Assembly (NCBI GenBank): GCA_934098705.1
Contig: CAKOPC010000002.1
Span: 250,681-314,680 of the forward strand
Reading direction: 5' to 3'
Length of the DNA stretch: 64,000 nucleotides
Source of the DNA: an uncultured Bacilli bacterium
Lineage (GTDB): Bacteria > Bacillota_I > Bacilli_A > RF39 > UBA660
Position 1 is the first letter of the stretch. Every line of letters begins with the position of its first letter. Shown piece after piece: positions 9,326-19,540 of this stretch. Position numbers and translations under genes: made by a program. The notes beneath the pieces were generated by a model, which searched no databases, was not told where the DNA came from, and saw only the letters and a program-made list of their open reading frames with translations.

Positions 9326-11605
9326 ATGTTTAAAAAATATGATGAAGAAGCAAAAAAAGTATTAATTAATATGAGAAGTGAAATGGTAAATTTAAGACAC
9401 CCTTATATTGGAAGTGAACATTTACTTTTATCAATATTAAAATGTGCCAGTAAAGATTTAACATCAAAATTAGAAAAATATGGTTTAACATATAAATCCT
9501 TTAAAACAGAACTTATAAATATCGTAGGTTTAGGACATGAAAGTAATGATTTTTATCTTTATACACCACTTTTAAGAAATATTTTGGATAATGCAAGTAA
9601 CTTAAAAGAAAAGGATGACGTAACAGTATATGATCTTTTAACATCTCTTCTTGAAGAAGGGGATGGCATTGCTATAAGAATAATGTTAGGAATGAATATA
9701 AATGTTACTAAAATGTATGAAGATATGCAAAATAAAATAATAAAGAAGAATAAAAAAAGTAAAATGTTAATAGATAGTTTTGGAATAAATTTAAATGAAA
9801 AAGTAAAAAATGGTGATATAGTAGTAGGAAGAGATAAAGAAATAAAAAAAGTGATAGAAATATTATCAAGAAGATGTAAAAATAATCCTCTTTTAGTAGG
9901 AGATGCTGGGGTTGGTAAAACTGCTATAGTAGAAGAAATAGCAAGACTTATAGAAAATGAAAAAATACCAAGTTTAAATGGAAAAAAAATAATATCTGTA
10001 TCCATGTCAAATTTAGTTGCAGGAACTAAATATCGTGGTGAATTTGAAGAACGATTAAGTAAAATAATAAAAGAACTTGAAAAAAATGATGATGTAATTA
10101 TTTTTATAGATGAAATACATACTCTTGTAGGGGCTGGTGGTGCCGAAGGAGCAATAGATGCTTCCAATATATTAAAACCATCCCTTGCAAGAGGTAAAAT
10201 AAAGGTGATAGGAGCAACAACAACAGAAGAATATAAAAAATTTATTCAAAAAGATAAAGCCCTAGATAGAAGATTTCAAAAAGTTGTAATTGAAGAACCA
10301 AGTATAGAAGTAGTAAAAGATATTATAATGAAACTATCCCCAGTATATGAAAGTTATCACAAAGTAAAAATAGATGATAATGCTATAAATGCGATAGTAG
10401 ACCTATCCGCTAAATACATATATGATAGAAAAATGCCTGATAAAGCAATAGATGTTTTGGATGAAGTATGTTCTAAAGCTAAAACAACTAAAGAAAGATT
10501 AGAACAAGAAATTGAAGAAACTAAAGATAAAATAAAAAGTTTAAAAAATGATAAAAATAAAAGTATTATAGATAATAACTTTTCTTTAGCATTTACATAT
10601 AAACAAGAAGAAAATAAACAACTAGATAAATTAAATAAACTAGAACTTAAATATAGTAATAAAGAAAGGGTAAAAAAAGTTACTATAAAAGATGTAAAAG
10701 ATGTTATATATGAAATAAGTAAAATACCACTTGATATAGAAAATAATGAACTAAAAGTTTTTAAGCAAAAATTAAATAGCACAGTAATAGGTCAAGAAAA
10801 AGCAGTAGATAAATTATATGAAGCCTCAAAAAGAATAAAGTACAGCATAAATAAAGATAAAAGGCCAATATCCTTTCTATTTGTTGGTACAACAGGTGTT
10901 GGTAAAACATATCTAGCTAAAGAATATTCATCATTAATGTATGGCAAAAACTTAATAAGAATTGATATGAGTGAGTATAAAGAACCACATAGTATAAGTA
11001 AGTTAATAGGTTCTCCCGCAGGATATGTTGGTTACGATGATAAAAAATCAGTATTTGAAGAAATAAAAGATAAACCATACTCAGTTCTTTTACTTGATGA
11101 AGTTGAAAAATCATGCAAAGAAGTACTAAATCTATTTTTACAAATACTAGATGAAGGCTATATAAAAGATAGTAGTAAAAATACTATAAGATTTGATAAT
11201 ACTATAATTATAATGACATCAAACCTTATATCTAAAACACAGCAAATAGGATTTAATAAAACAAATGAGGATAGAGATTTTAAACAGTTACAAAACTTTT
11301 TTGGTATAGAATTTTTAAATAGAATAAATAATATTATATACTTTAACGATTTAAAAGAAGAAGATATAGAAAAAATAATAATAAATAAACTTGATTCTTT
11401 AAAAAAGAGTTATAAAATGCAAGATATAAAACTTACTATAAATAAAAAAATTATAAAAGAATTAATATCATTAACTGAATATGAAAAATTTGGAGCAAGA
11501 AGGGTAGATAAAATAATAAGTGATTATATTGAAAGTAAAGTAATAGACAATATAATAGAGGGTGAAACTCTAATAAAAATAGATAACATAGTGAAGGTAA
11601 ATTAA
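9326..11605 (+). CDS. clpC: ClpC-like AAA+ chaperone (Clp_N domain plus two AAA+ modules)
   Basis: Clp_N repeats, Walker A GDAGVGKT and GTTGVGKT, Walker B IIFIDEIH and LLLDEVEK. Confidence 0.8.
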   Translation: MFKKYDEEAKKVLINMRSEMVNLRHPYIGSEHLLLSILKCASKDLTSKLEKYGLTYKSFKTELINIVGLGHESNDFYLYTPLLRNILDNASNLKEKDDVTVYDLLTSLLEEGDGIAIRIMLGMNINVTKMYEDMQNKIIKKNKKSKMLIDSFGINLNEKVKNGDIVVGRDKEIKKVIEILSRRCKNNPLLVGDAGVGKTAIVEEIARLIENEKIPSLNGKKIISVSMSNLVAGTKYRGEFEERLSKIIKELEKNDDVIIFIDEIHTLVGAGGAEGAIDASNILKPSLARGKIKVIGATTTEEYKKFIQKDKALDRRFQKVVIEEPSIEVVKDIIMKLSPVYESYHKVKIDDNAINAIVDLSAKYIYDRKMPDKAIDVLDEVCSKAKTTKERLEQEIEETKDKIKSLKNDKNKSIIDNNFSLAFTYKQEENKQLDKLNKLELKYSNKERVKKVTIKDVKDVIYEISKIPLDIENNELKVFKQKLNSTVIGQEKAVDKLYEASKRIKYSINKDKRPISFLFVGTTGVGKTYLAKEYSSLMYGKNLIRIDMSEYKEPHSISKLIGSPAGYVGYDDKKSVFEEIKDKPYSVLLLDEVEKSCKEVLNLFLQILDEGYIKDSSKNTIRFDNTIIIMTSNLISKTQQIGFNKTNEDRDFKQLQNFFGIEFLNRINNIIYFNDLKEEDIEKIIINKLDSLKKSYKMQDIKLTINKKIIKELISLTEYEKFGARRVDKIISDYIESKVIDNIIEGETLIKIDNIVKVN

Positions 11606-11686
11606 TTTGATTTGCCTTTTTTTTAAAAACTAATTGTTTAATTTTTAATTTTCTGTTATCATAAATTATAAAGAAGGAGGACACTT

Positions 11687-13090
11687 ATGAAAATATATAA
11701 TACCTTAAGTAAAAAAGTAGAAGAGTTTATCCCAAATAATGAAAAAGAGGTAACATTATATACCTGTGGTTTAACTGTGTATAACTATGCCCATATAGGT
11801 AATTTACGAACTTATATTTTCGAAGATGTTTTAGAAAAAAGTTTAATATATTTAGGATACAATGTTAAAAGAGCAATGAATATAACAGATGTAGGTCATT
11901 TAACAAGTGATGCTGATACTGGTGATGATAAAATGACAAAAGAAGCCAAAAAAGAAGGTAAAACCCCAAAAGAAATTGCTAAATTTTATACAGAAGCATT
12001 TTTAAAAGACTTTAAAGATTTAAATATAAAAGTTCCAATTATTCTAGAAAAAGCAACAGATCATATAAATGACTATATAAAAGTAATAGAAAAACTATTA
12101 GAAAAAGGCTATGCCTATAAAGCTGGTGGCAATATTTATTTTGATATATCAAAAGTTAAAGATTACTATAAATTAAGTGGTAAACAGGAAGAAGATTTAA
12201 TGGTGGGAGTTCGTGATAGTGTCGAAGAAGATAGTAACAAAAGAAATCCATATGATTTTGTTTTATGGTTCACTAAAAGTAAATTTGAAGATCAGGAACA
12301 AAAGTGGGATTCTCCTTTTGGAGTTGGTTATCCAGGATGGCATATTGAGTGTTCTACGATTGCCTCATTATATCTTGGGGAGTATTTAGATATACACTGC
12401 GGAGGTGTTGATAATATATTCCCACATCATACAAACGAAATAGCACAAGCAGAAAGTTATTTTGGACATAAATGGTGTAATTATTTTATGCACGGCGAAC
12501 ATTTAAATGACAAAAATGGTAAGATGAGTAAATCAAAAGGAGAGTTCTTAACTTTGAAGTTATTAAAGCAAAAAGGTTATGACCCATTATGTTATAGATA
12601 TTTTTGCCTAGGTTCTCACTATAGAAATCAGCTTATATTTAGCTATGAATCATTAGATCAAGCTAAGGTAGCGTACTTAAAATTAAGAAATAAAACATCA
12701 AACCTTAAAAAAGATGGAAATCTAAATGAAGAGGCATTAACAAAGTATAAAGATAAATTTAAAGAAGCTATAAATAATGATTTGTCAACATCTGCAATGT
12801 TAACATGTGTTTATGACTGTCTAAAAGATAAAGATTTAAATGATACAACAAAAATAGAAATTATTAAATCTTATGATACTGTTCTATCACTAGATTTATT
12901 AAAAAAAGTAGAAAATGTAAGTATAAAAAATATAGATAAAGCTAAAATTGAAGAAAAGATAAAAGAAAGACTTAAAGCAAAACAAGAAAAAAATTATGCT
13001 TTAGCGGATAAAATAAGGGATGAATTATTAAATAAAGGTGTAAAGTTAATTGATACAAAAGATGAAACTACCTATGAATTTATAAATTAA
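11687..13090 (+). CDS. cysS: cysteine--tRNA ligase
   Basis: HIGN (class I HIGH) and KMSKS motifs, plus the typical CGGVDNIFPHH segment. Confidence 0.95.
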   Translation: MKIYNTLSKKVEEFIPNNEKEVTLYTCGLTVYNYAHIGNLRTYIFEDVLEKSLIYLGYNVKRAMNITDVGHLTSDADTGDDKMTKEAKKEGKTPKEIAKFYTEAFLKDFKDLNIKVPIILEKATDHINDYIKVIEKLLEKGYAYKAGGNIYFDISKVKDYYKLSGKQEEDLMVGVRDSVEEDSNKRNPYDFVLWFTKSKFEDQEQKWDSPFGVGYPGWHIECSTIASLYLGEYLDIHCGGVDNIFPHHTNEIAQAESYFGHKWCNYFMHGEHLNDKNGKMSKSKGEFLTLKLLKQKGYDPLCYRYFCLGSHYRNQLIFSYESLDQAKVAYLKLRNKTSNLKKDGNLNEEALTKYKDKFKEAINNDLSTSAMLTCVYDCLKDKDLNDTTKIEIIKSYDTVLSLDLLKKVENVSIKNIDKAKIEEKIKERLKAKQEKNYALADKIRDELLNKGVKLIDTKDETTYEFIN

Positions 13091-13147
13091 CTTTAAAAAA
13101 ATGTAACAATAATACAAAAATAAGAATCAAAAAAAGAGGTAATAATT

Positions 13148-13852
13148 ATGTTAGTATATGGAAAAAATAGTTGTTCTTTTTACTTAGAGAACAAAAAAAA
13201 TATAAAAAAATTATATTTAGATAGAAATTTTACTGATAAACACATTTTAGAAATTATAAATAAATTAAATATAAAACCATATTTTTTAACAAAAACAGAA
13301 CTTGATTTAATGATAGGTGGCAATCACCAAGGAATTATTATGGATATTGGAGAATATAGATACTACGACATAGATGATATAATAAAAGATGATGGCTTTA
13401 TAGTAATGCTAGATCATCTTGAAGATACTCATAACTTTGGTGCTATTATAAGAACATGTGAAGCTGCAGGAGTTGATGGCATTATAATACCAAAAGATAG
13501 AAGTGTAAGTGTTAATTCAACTGTCATGAAAACAAGTTCTGGAGCAGCAACTAATATGAAAATATGTATGGTTACCAATTTAGTGCAAACAATAAAATAT
13601 TTAAAAGATAAAGGTTACTATATAACAGCAACTGATATGGATGGAGAAAATTATACAGACATATCATATACTGGTAGTACATGTATTGTAATAGGAAATG
13701 AAGGAAAAGGAGTAGCCCATCTTGTTAAAAAGTCAAGTGATTACATAGCAAGTATTCCACTTCTTGGCAAAATAAATAGTCTAAATGCATCTGTTGCAGC
13801 AGGTATATTAATATATGAAGTTGTAAGACAAAGGAATATTAATGGATTATAA
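13148..13852 (+). CDS. rlmB: TrmH/SpoU-family 23S rRNA 2'-O-methyltransferase (RlmB/YacO-like)
   Basis: SpoU motifs (LDHLEDTHNFGAIIRT, VIGNEGKG, SLNASVAAGILIYE). Shares the cysS-yacO-sigH synteny known from Bacillus. Confidence 0.8.
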   Translation: MLVYGKNSCSFYLENKKNIKKLYLDRNFTDKHILEIINKLNIKPYFLTKTELDLMIGGNHQGIIMDIGEYRYYDIDDIIKDDGFIVMLDHLEDTHNFGAIIRTCEAAGVDGIIIPKDRSVSVNSTVMKTSSGAATNMKICMVTNLVQTIKYLKDKGYYITATDMDGENYTDISYTGSTCIVIGNEGKGVAHLVKKSSDYIASIPLLGKINSLNASVAAGILIYEVVRQRNINGL

Positions 13853-14438
13853 AACTATAAATGATTATGAGCTTATATATTTAGTAAATGAAAATAATGA
13901 AGATGCATTTAACATAATATTTAAAAAATATGAGAATTTAATAAATAAATATGCTAATTATTATTACAATAATTATAAACAAAAAGGAATAAATAAAGAT
14001 GAATTAAATCAAGAAGGCAAAATAGGTTTATATATGGCTTTAAAAACATTTGATACTTTAAGAAATATTAAGTTTTATACCCTAGCATTATCATTTATAA
14101 AAAAATATATGTTAAATTATATAAGGATGTCCTTATCCCATAAAAATCAAATAATATCAGGGTCCGTATCCTTAGATAATATTGATATAAAAGAAAAAAA
14201 TAATGTTGCCTTAGAAATTGAAGAAAAAGAATTAACAAAATTGTTAATAACTTTTAAAAATGATTTACCATTTCATGAAGCTAACATATTTGAACTAAAA
14301 TATAATGGTTTTAAATATGATGATATAGCCAAAATAATGGATATGACAAAAAAACAAATAGATAACAAATTACTAAAAATAAGAAAAGCCTTTAAAAATT
14401 ATTTACATGTTAAAGGTTATGAACTTGAAGCACACTAA
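13842..14438 (+). CDS. sigH: sigma-70 family sigma factor, SigH-like
   Basis: 198 aa with region 2-like and region 4-like segments. Position after cysS-rlmB matches Bacillus sigH. Confidence 0.55.
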   Translation: MDYKTINDYELIYLVNENNEDAFNIIFKKYENLINKYANYYYNNYKQKGINKDELNQEGKIGLYMALKTFDTLRNIKFYTLALSFIKKYMLNYIRMSLSHKNQIISGSVSLDNIDIKEKNNVALEIEEKELTKLLITFKNDLPFHEANIFELKYNGFKYDDIAKIMDMTKKQIDNKLLKIRKAFKNYLHVKGYELEAH

Positions 14439-14460
14439 AAAATAAATATTAGTGTGTTTT
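14431..14460 (+). terminator. intrinsic terminator
   Basis: Stem CACACTAA / TTAGTGTG followed by TTTT. Overlaps the stop codon. Confidence 0.6.
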
Positions 14461-14475
14461 ATTATATAAATATGT

Positions 14476-14504
14476 TTTACATCTTAAAATATAAGTGATA
14501 TAAT
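14476..14504 (+). promoter_or_regulatory. sigma-A-type promoter
   Basis: TTTACA, 17-nt spacer, TATAAT, just upstream of the 14532 gene. Confidence 0.5.
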
Positions 14505-14531
14505 GTATCTGTATGATAAGGTGGTGCACTT

Positions 14532-15428
14532 ATGAGTTTGGAAGATAACATTACCCTAAGAAGTTTTTTAAACGATAATGAAATAAATAAAGCAGAGTTA
14601 AAATTAACAACTTTTGGTAAACTTATGAAAGAAGTATCAAAAAAAATAGAGGGTGAGTCAAGAAACATTATACGAATAAATATTGATAGTATTCTAATTA
14701 ATAAGCAAACAGGAAAAATAATATTACCTGAAAATCTATTTAAAAACGAATCACTTGATAAAACAATGGCAGGTTTTGATACTGGAATAAGTTTAATGGC
14801 AGATAGAAAATCTACTAAAGAAAACAAAAGAGTATCATTTGCTCTAATGATTTTAGGATGGTATGCTAATGATACAAAAGATGCTGTTGTAAGTGATATG
14901 GAAGTTTTAGAAAATTTTAGAGATTATATGTCAAAAGTTCCTAGCTACTTACAGCCATATTTTGTTAACATCTTTAAAAAAATGGATTATGAAACATCAT
15001 TTGATGAATATTATACTAAAAATTTTGAAGAAAAAATAAAAAAAGAAGTAGAAAATGCTATGCATGATTACACTTTAAATGAAGAGCAATTAGAAAGAAT
15101 AACTAATCTTTGTATTAATAAAGGAATAAGAACTAAAAGTGATGTTGCTAAAGGATATGAAGAAGAATACATACTTTTAAATAAAAAAGAAATAGTGGAT
15201 AATGTAACAGACAACTTTAAAGACATAAAACAAAATGATACTTATGAAAATCAAAATAGAGTTGAAAGAGTAAGATATGATGAAACTATACCAAGAATAA
15301 AAAATAATACTGATATACTAAATCAAAATAATGGTGCATATGCTGTTGTACTATTTGTAATGGAAATAATATCACTTATCTTTTTAGTAGCCTTAGTAAC
15401 ATTTGTTATATATAAAGGACTTTCATAA
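14532..15428 (+). CDS. hypothetical protein with C-terminal TM anchor
   Basis: 298-aa ORF with SD AAGGTGG. I recognise no family. Confidence 0.55.
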   Translation: MSLEDNITLRSFLNDNEINKAELKLTTFGKLMKEVSKKIEGESRNIIRINIDSILINKQTGKIILPENLFKNESLDKTMAGFDTGISLMADRKSTKENKRVSFALMILGWYANDTKDAVVSDMEVLENFRDYMSKVPSYLQPYFVNIFKKMDYETSFDEYYTKNFEEKIKKEVENAMHDYTLNEEQLERITNLCINKGIRTKSDVAKGYEEEYILLNKKEIVDNVTDNFKDIKQNDTYENQNRVERVRYDETIPRIKNNTDILNQNNGAYAVVLFVMEIISLIFLVALVTFVIYKGLS

Positions 15429-15448
15429 AAAATAAGATAAAAATAAAA

Positions 15449-15811
15449 GAAGTAAGTACAAACCTAGTAATTAGTTTTGCTTGCTTCTTTTTAAAATTTC
15501 AAAATTCTTTCTTAATATTTCATTTTCAATTTTTAAAGCTTTTGCTTGTTTTAACAACTGCTTTTTAACCTTTTCATTATTTATATATTCAAAATCAAAA
15601 CATTTATTATTTTTATTATAAGCAGTTATCCATTTTTCTAATGTTTTAAGAGGCACTCCATATTCTTTAGCAGTTTTACAAGTTGAGTTATGATTTATAC
15701 AAACCATTTTACATAACTTTTTCTTAAATTCATAAGTATATTTCTTCATAAAATATTCCTTTCACAATATATTAATATTGTATAAAAAATTATAAATTGT
15801 CTACTTACGTT
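15449..15811 (-). mobile_element. possible decayed mini-IS (orfA only) with weak terminal inverted repeats
   Basis: GTAAGTACAAAC (15452-15463) matches the reverse complement of 15797-15808, GTAAGTAGACAA, at 9 of 12 positions. Confidence 0.25.
15471..15749 (-). CDS. IS3-family OrfA-like transposase HTH protein (solo, no OrfB)
   Basis: 92 aa. Has an N-terminal HTH (TAKEYGVPLKTLEKW) and a C-terminal leucine-zipper-like ENEILRKNFEILK, typical of IS3 OrfA. Confidence 0.6.
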   Translation of the reverse strand: MKKYTYEFKKKLCKMVCINHNSTCKTAKEYGVPLKTLEKWITAYNKNNKCFDFEYINNEKVKKQLLKQAKALKIENEILRKNFEILKRSKQN

Positions 15812-15965
15812 TCAAAATTATTGTTTTTTTATTCTTTTAAAAAGCAAAATAAGTAAAAAAGTCTAGACAAATTAAATATTTATTGTTATAATACAAAACG
15901 AGTAATTAAGTTACTCCTTGCTTCTTATAAATTAAGAAGACATAAGTCCAAGAGGAGGTGTAAAT

Positions 15966-16253
15966 ATGAATAAATACGAAATCATGTTTATAGTTAATCC
16001 AACTTTAGAAGAAGCAACTATTAACAAAGTTGCAGAAGATATGAAAAACATAATTTTAAACGCTAAAGGTGAAGTAACTGAAGAACAAGCAATGGGTCAA
16101 AGAGATTTAGCTTATGAAATTAATAAACATAAAAAAGGCTATTATTTCTTTTATAAAGTAAATGCTGATGCTGAAACAGTAAAAGAATTTAATCGTCTTG
16201 CTAACGTAAATGAGAATGTTATTCGTCATTTAATTGTAAAAGTAGAAAAGTAA
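15966..16253 (+). CDS. rpsF: 30S ribosomal protein S6
   Basis: MNKYEIMFIV... is a typical S6 sequence. Part of the rpsF-ssb-rpsR operon. Confidence 0.95.
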   Translation: MNKYEIMFIVNPTLEEATINKVAEDMKNIILNAKGEVTEEQAMGQRDLAYEINKHKKGYYFFYKVNADAETVKEFNRLANVNENVIRHLIVKVEK

Positions 16254-16262
16254 GAGGTATTT

Positions 16263-16763
16263 ATGAATAAAGTATTATTAATTGGAAGACTTACTCGAGA
16301 TCCAGAATTAAGATACACTGGAACTAACCTTCCTGTTGCATCTTTTACTGTAGCAGTAAATCGTAATTTTACTGGTGCAAATGGAGAAAGAGAAGCCGAC
16401 TTTATACCAGTAATTGTTTGGAGAAAACAAGCTGAAAACGTAAAAAATTATATAGGTCAAGGTAGCCAAGTAGCAGTTGAAGGACGTTTACAAGTTAGAA
16501 GTTATGACGATGCAAACGGACAAAAAAGATATGTTACTGAAGTTGTTGCAGACAATGTTCAATTTTTAGACACAAAAGCAAGTAGAGATCAAAGACAAAC
16601 ACAAACTCCATATGATATGCCAAATTCAAATAATGATGGCAATAGTTATGCTGATAACGTAACACCATATGATATGGATGTTAAAGGAACAGAAGTTAAA
16701 GATGATCCCTTTAAAGACTTTGGTGATGAAATAAAAATTGAAGATAACGAGCTACCATTTTAA
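16263..16763 (+). CDS. ssb: single-stranded DNA-binding protein
   Basis: OB fold (MNKVLLIGRLTRDPELRYT) and an acidic C-terminal tip DNELPF. Confidence 0.95.
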   Translation: MNKVLLIGRLTRDPELRYTGTNLPVASFTVAVNRNFTGANGEREADFIPVIVWRKQAENVKNYIGQGSQVAVEGRLQVRSYDDANGQKRYVTEVVADNVQFLDTKASRDQRQTQTPYDMPNSNNDGNSYADNVTPYDMDVKGTEVKDDPFKDFGDEIKIEDNELPF

Positions 16764-16781
16764 AAAGAAAGGAAGATTAAC

Positions 16782-16997
16782 ATGGCAGAATTTTTTAGAA
16801 AAAAGAAAAAAGTTTGTTATATGTGTGCTGGAAAAGATATTAACTATAAAAATGTTGAAATCTTAAAAAAGTACATTAATGATAAAGGTAAAATTTTACC
16901 AAGACGTGTAACTGGTGCTTGTGCAAAACATCAAAGATATATAGCAGGAGAAATCAAAAAAGCAAGAGCAATAGCACTATTACCATATACAAAATAG
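16782..16997 (+). CDS. rpsR: 30S ribosomal protein S18
   Basis: 71 aa with the typical [14 protein letters not shown] motif. Confidence 0.95.
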   Translation: MAEFFRKKKKVCYMCAGKDINYKNVEILKKYINDKGKILPRRVTGACAKHQRYIAGEIKKARAIALLPYTK

Positions 16998-17002
16998 TTA
17001 TA

Positions 17003-17051
17003 AACTGTGTTTATCTAATAGATATTTACACAGTTTTTTTAATTTTTAATA
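17003..17051 (+). terminator. intrinsic terminator
   Basis: Stem AACTGTGT / ACACAGTT followed by a T-run. Confidence 0.65.
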
Positions 17052-17107
17052 AAAATATATTGATACAATTAAATACCTATGCTATAATCTTAAGGTGAAA
17101 TCTTGAG

Positions 17108-17461
17108 GTGATATTTATAAATAAATATTTAATAGATTTAAAACTAAATGATTTTAAAATAAACTGTTATGGAAATATAGATAATAATAAAATATTATTT
17201 ATACATAATAATATTAATTATACGTTTGACATAGATAAAACTATTTTAATAAAGGAAGATAATAATTACTTATTTACCTTTTTATTTAAAGATAATATAC
17301 TTATATTGCATGATAAAATACAAAATAGAGATATTAACATTAAATTGTTAATAAATAAACTTGAAATTTTTGAAAAAAAGATTATAATTAATTATCAAAT
17401 AGAAGATGATAGATTTAATTTAACATTAACTTATACGGAAGGTGGAAATTATGGATATTGA
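17108..17461 (+). CDS. small hypothetical protein (possibly YwiB/DUF1934-like, by position upstream of argS)
   Basis: 117 aa with a GTG start. The synteny argument is the only support. Confidence 0.35.
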   Translation: MIFINKYLIDLKLNDFKINCYGNIDNNKILFIHNNINYTFDIDKTILIKEDNNYLFTFLFKDNILILHDKIQNRDINIKLLINKLEIFEKKIIINYQIEDDRFNLTLTYTEGGNYGY

Positions 17462-19061
17462 AAAAGAATTAAAAACTCTTATAAAAAACAGTATAGAGTT
17501 TGATTTAAAAGAAGAAGATATTGTAATAGAACATCCCAAAAATAATGAACATGGAGATTATTCATCAAATGTTGCTTTAAAGTTTTGTAAAGTTTTAGGT
17601 AAGAATCCTATGGATGTTGCAGAAGATATAAAAAACAATATTTCTTCAAATTTAGTAGAAAAAATAGAAATTGTAAGACCTGGATTTATTAACTTTTTTG
17701 TTAAAAAAGATTATTTATTAGACAATATAATAAATATAATAGAACAAGGTTCCTCATACGGAAAATTAGAATCTAAAAATAAACGTGTAAATGTTGAGTT
17801 TGCAAGCATTAATCCAACAGGAATTATACATTTAGGACATGCAAGAGGATCTTGTTTTGGAGATAGCTTAGCTAATGTTTTAGCTTTTGCAGGTTATGAT
17901 GTAACAAGAGAATATTATGTAAATGATGCTGGTAATCAAATGAATAATATGGCTTTGTCAATTATTGAAAGATATAAAGAAATTCAAGGATTAGAAAGTC
18001 ATATGGAAGATGACTATTATCACGGTAAAGAAATAACTGATATAGCCAAAAAGTTATATGATGAATACGGTAATAAATTAGATATAAATGATGTTAAATT
18101 TTTCAAAGATTATGGTCTTAAAACATTTTTAAATAGAATAAAAGAAGATTTAGAGGCCATAAATGTTAATTTTGATGTATGGACAAGTGAACAAACTCTA
18201 AGAGATAGAGGTTTGGTTAGTGATGCTTTAAAAAAACTAAAAGAACAAGGTTATACTTATGAAAAAGACGGAGCATTATATTTAAAAACAACTCTATTTG
18301 GAGATGAAAAAGATCGTGTTTTAGTAAAAACGGACAATTCTTACACATATTTTATGCCTGATATAGCATATCATTTAGATAAATTAAATCGTGGTTTTGA
18401 CAAATTAATAGATGTTTTTGGCTCAGATCATCATGGTTATGTTGCAAGATTAAAGGCTGCTGTTACAATGTTAGGACAAGATAAAGATAAATTGGATGTT
18501 CACCTAATTCAAATGGTAAGAGCAATAAAAGATGGTAAAGAGTATAAATTATCAAAAAGAACAGGTAAGACAATTACTTTAAATGATTTGGTTGAAGAAA
18601 CAAGTGTTGATGCTGTAAGATACTTTTTTGTTGCCAGAAGTATTGATAGTATGATGGATTATGATGTTGACCTTGCTCTTCAAAAAAATAATGAGAATCC
18701 CGTATATTATATAGAATATGCTCATGCTAGAATATGTTCTATATTAAAAGATAAAGAAATAAATATAGATAAAAACTATAAATTTGAAACAATTACAAGT
18801 ATTGATGCATATAATGTTTTAGCAAAATTATTAGAATTTCCAAAAGTTGTTGCAAGAAGTGCTAATAATTATGCACCACATCTTATAGCAACATATGCCT
18901 ATGAACTAGCTAGTATGTTCCATAGTTATTATGCTAAAGAAAAAGTAATAACAGAAGATTCTAAGGCAACAAATGAAAGACTATTGATGTTACAAGCAAT
19001 TAAAATTACTATTTATAATGCTTTAAAATTAATTGGAATAGAAAGTCCAGAAAGGATGTAA
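17451..19061 (+). CDS. argS: arginine--tRNA ligase
   Basis: HLGH class I motif and a DALR-type anticodon-binding C-terminus. I prefer ATG 17451 (SD GGAAGGTGG) over GTG 17442. Confidence 0.95.
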   Translation: MDIEKELKTLIKNSIEFDLKEEDIVIEHPKNNEHGDYSSNVALKFCKVLGKNPMDVAEDIKNNISSNLVEKIEIVRPGFINFFVKKDYLLDNIINIIEQGSSYGKLESKNKRVNVEFASINPTGIIHLGHARGSCFGDSLANVLAFAGYDVTREYYVNDAGNQMNNMALSIIERYKEIQGLESHMEDDYYHGKEITDIAKKLYDEYGNKLDINDVKFFKDYGLKTFLNRIKEDLEAINVNFDVWTSEQTLRDRGLVSDALKKLKEQGYTYEKDGALYLKTTLFGDEKDRVLVKTDNSYTYFMPDIAYHLDKLNRGFDKLIDVFGSDHHGYVARLKAAVTMLGQDKDKLDVHLIQMVRAIKDGKEYKLSKRTGKTITLNDLVEETSVDAVRYFFVARSIDSMMDYDVDLALQKNNENPVYYIEYAHARICSILKDKEINIDKNYKFETITSIDAYNVLAKLLEFPKVVARSANNYAPHLIATYAYELASMFHSYYAKEKVITEDSKATNERLLMLQAIKITIYNALKLIGIESPERM

Positions 19062-19066
19062 AGTTT

Positions 19067-19528
19067 ATGAAAAGTTTAAAAAATTTAAAGTATGAAGATT
19101 TAGAAGTTATGTCATATAGTGATATAGCAGAATTAATATTAAAAGAAAATGGAAAAGAAAAATCAACAGCAGATCTTTTTAGAAAAATATGTGATTTATT
19201 AAAGTTACCAGAAAAAACTTTTGAAAATAAAATAGGGGATTTTTATACAGCATTAACAACAGACAAAAGATTTATTTTACTTGAAACAGGCAACTGGGAT
19301 TTAAAAGAAAATCATTCTGTTGCTAAGTTAAAATTAGATGATGAATTTAGTGACTTAGAAGAAGATGAAGATATTGAAGATACTCCAAATAGTGATGTAG
19401 AAGAAGAATACGAAGATGAAGATAAAGACATTTATGATGATTCAAGAGAAGAAGATGACGATGATATAACAGATGAATATAAAGATTTAGTTATAGTAGA
19501 TGAAGAAGATTTAGAAGAACAATCATAA
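19067..19528 (+). CDS. rpoE: RNA polymerase delta subunit
   Basis: N-terminal HARE-HTH-like domain followed by a long D/E tail. Confidence 0.8.
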   Translation: MKSLKNLKYEDLEVMSYSDIAELILKENGKEKSTADLFRKICDLLKLPEKTFENKIGDFYTALTTDKRFILLETGNWDLKENHSVAKLKLDDEFSDLEEDEDIEDTPNSDVEEEYEDEDKDIYDDSREEDDDDITDEYKDLVIVDEEDLEEQS

Positions 19529-19540
19529 AAGGAGGTTCAT

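Noticed and set aside
9559-10167. 202-aa minus-strand ORF inside clpC. Similar cases are 10357..10782, 10917..11114 and 11451..11684.
   Set aside because: Lies antisense to a well-supported AAA+ gene. The translation is S/F/I/L-rich low complexity, typical of the shadow frame of K/E-rich AT-rich coding sequence. No SD is present.
11606-11686. Looked for T-box leaders upstream of the aminoacyl-tRNA ligase genes (lysS, cysS, argS) and glyA.
   Set aside because: The intergenic regions are only ~60-100 nt, which is too short for a T-box (~200+ nt), and they lack the conserved T-box sequence and a terminator/antiterminator pair.
15830-15965. Possible S6:S18-binding leader upstream of rpsF (hairpin CTTCTTATAAATTAAGAAG).
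   Set aside because: Plausible from context, but I cannot verify the conserved motif by eye. It needs an Rfam scan, so it is left out of the feature list.
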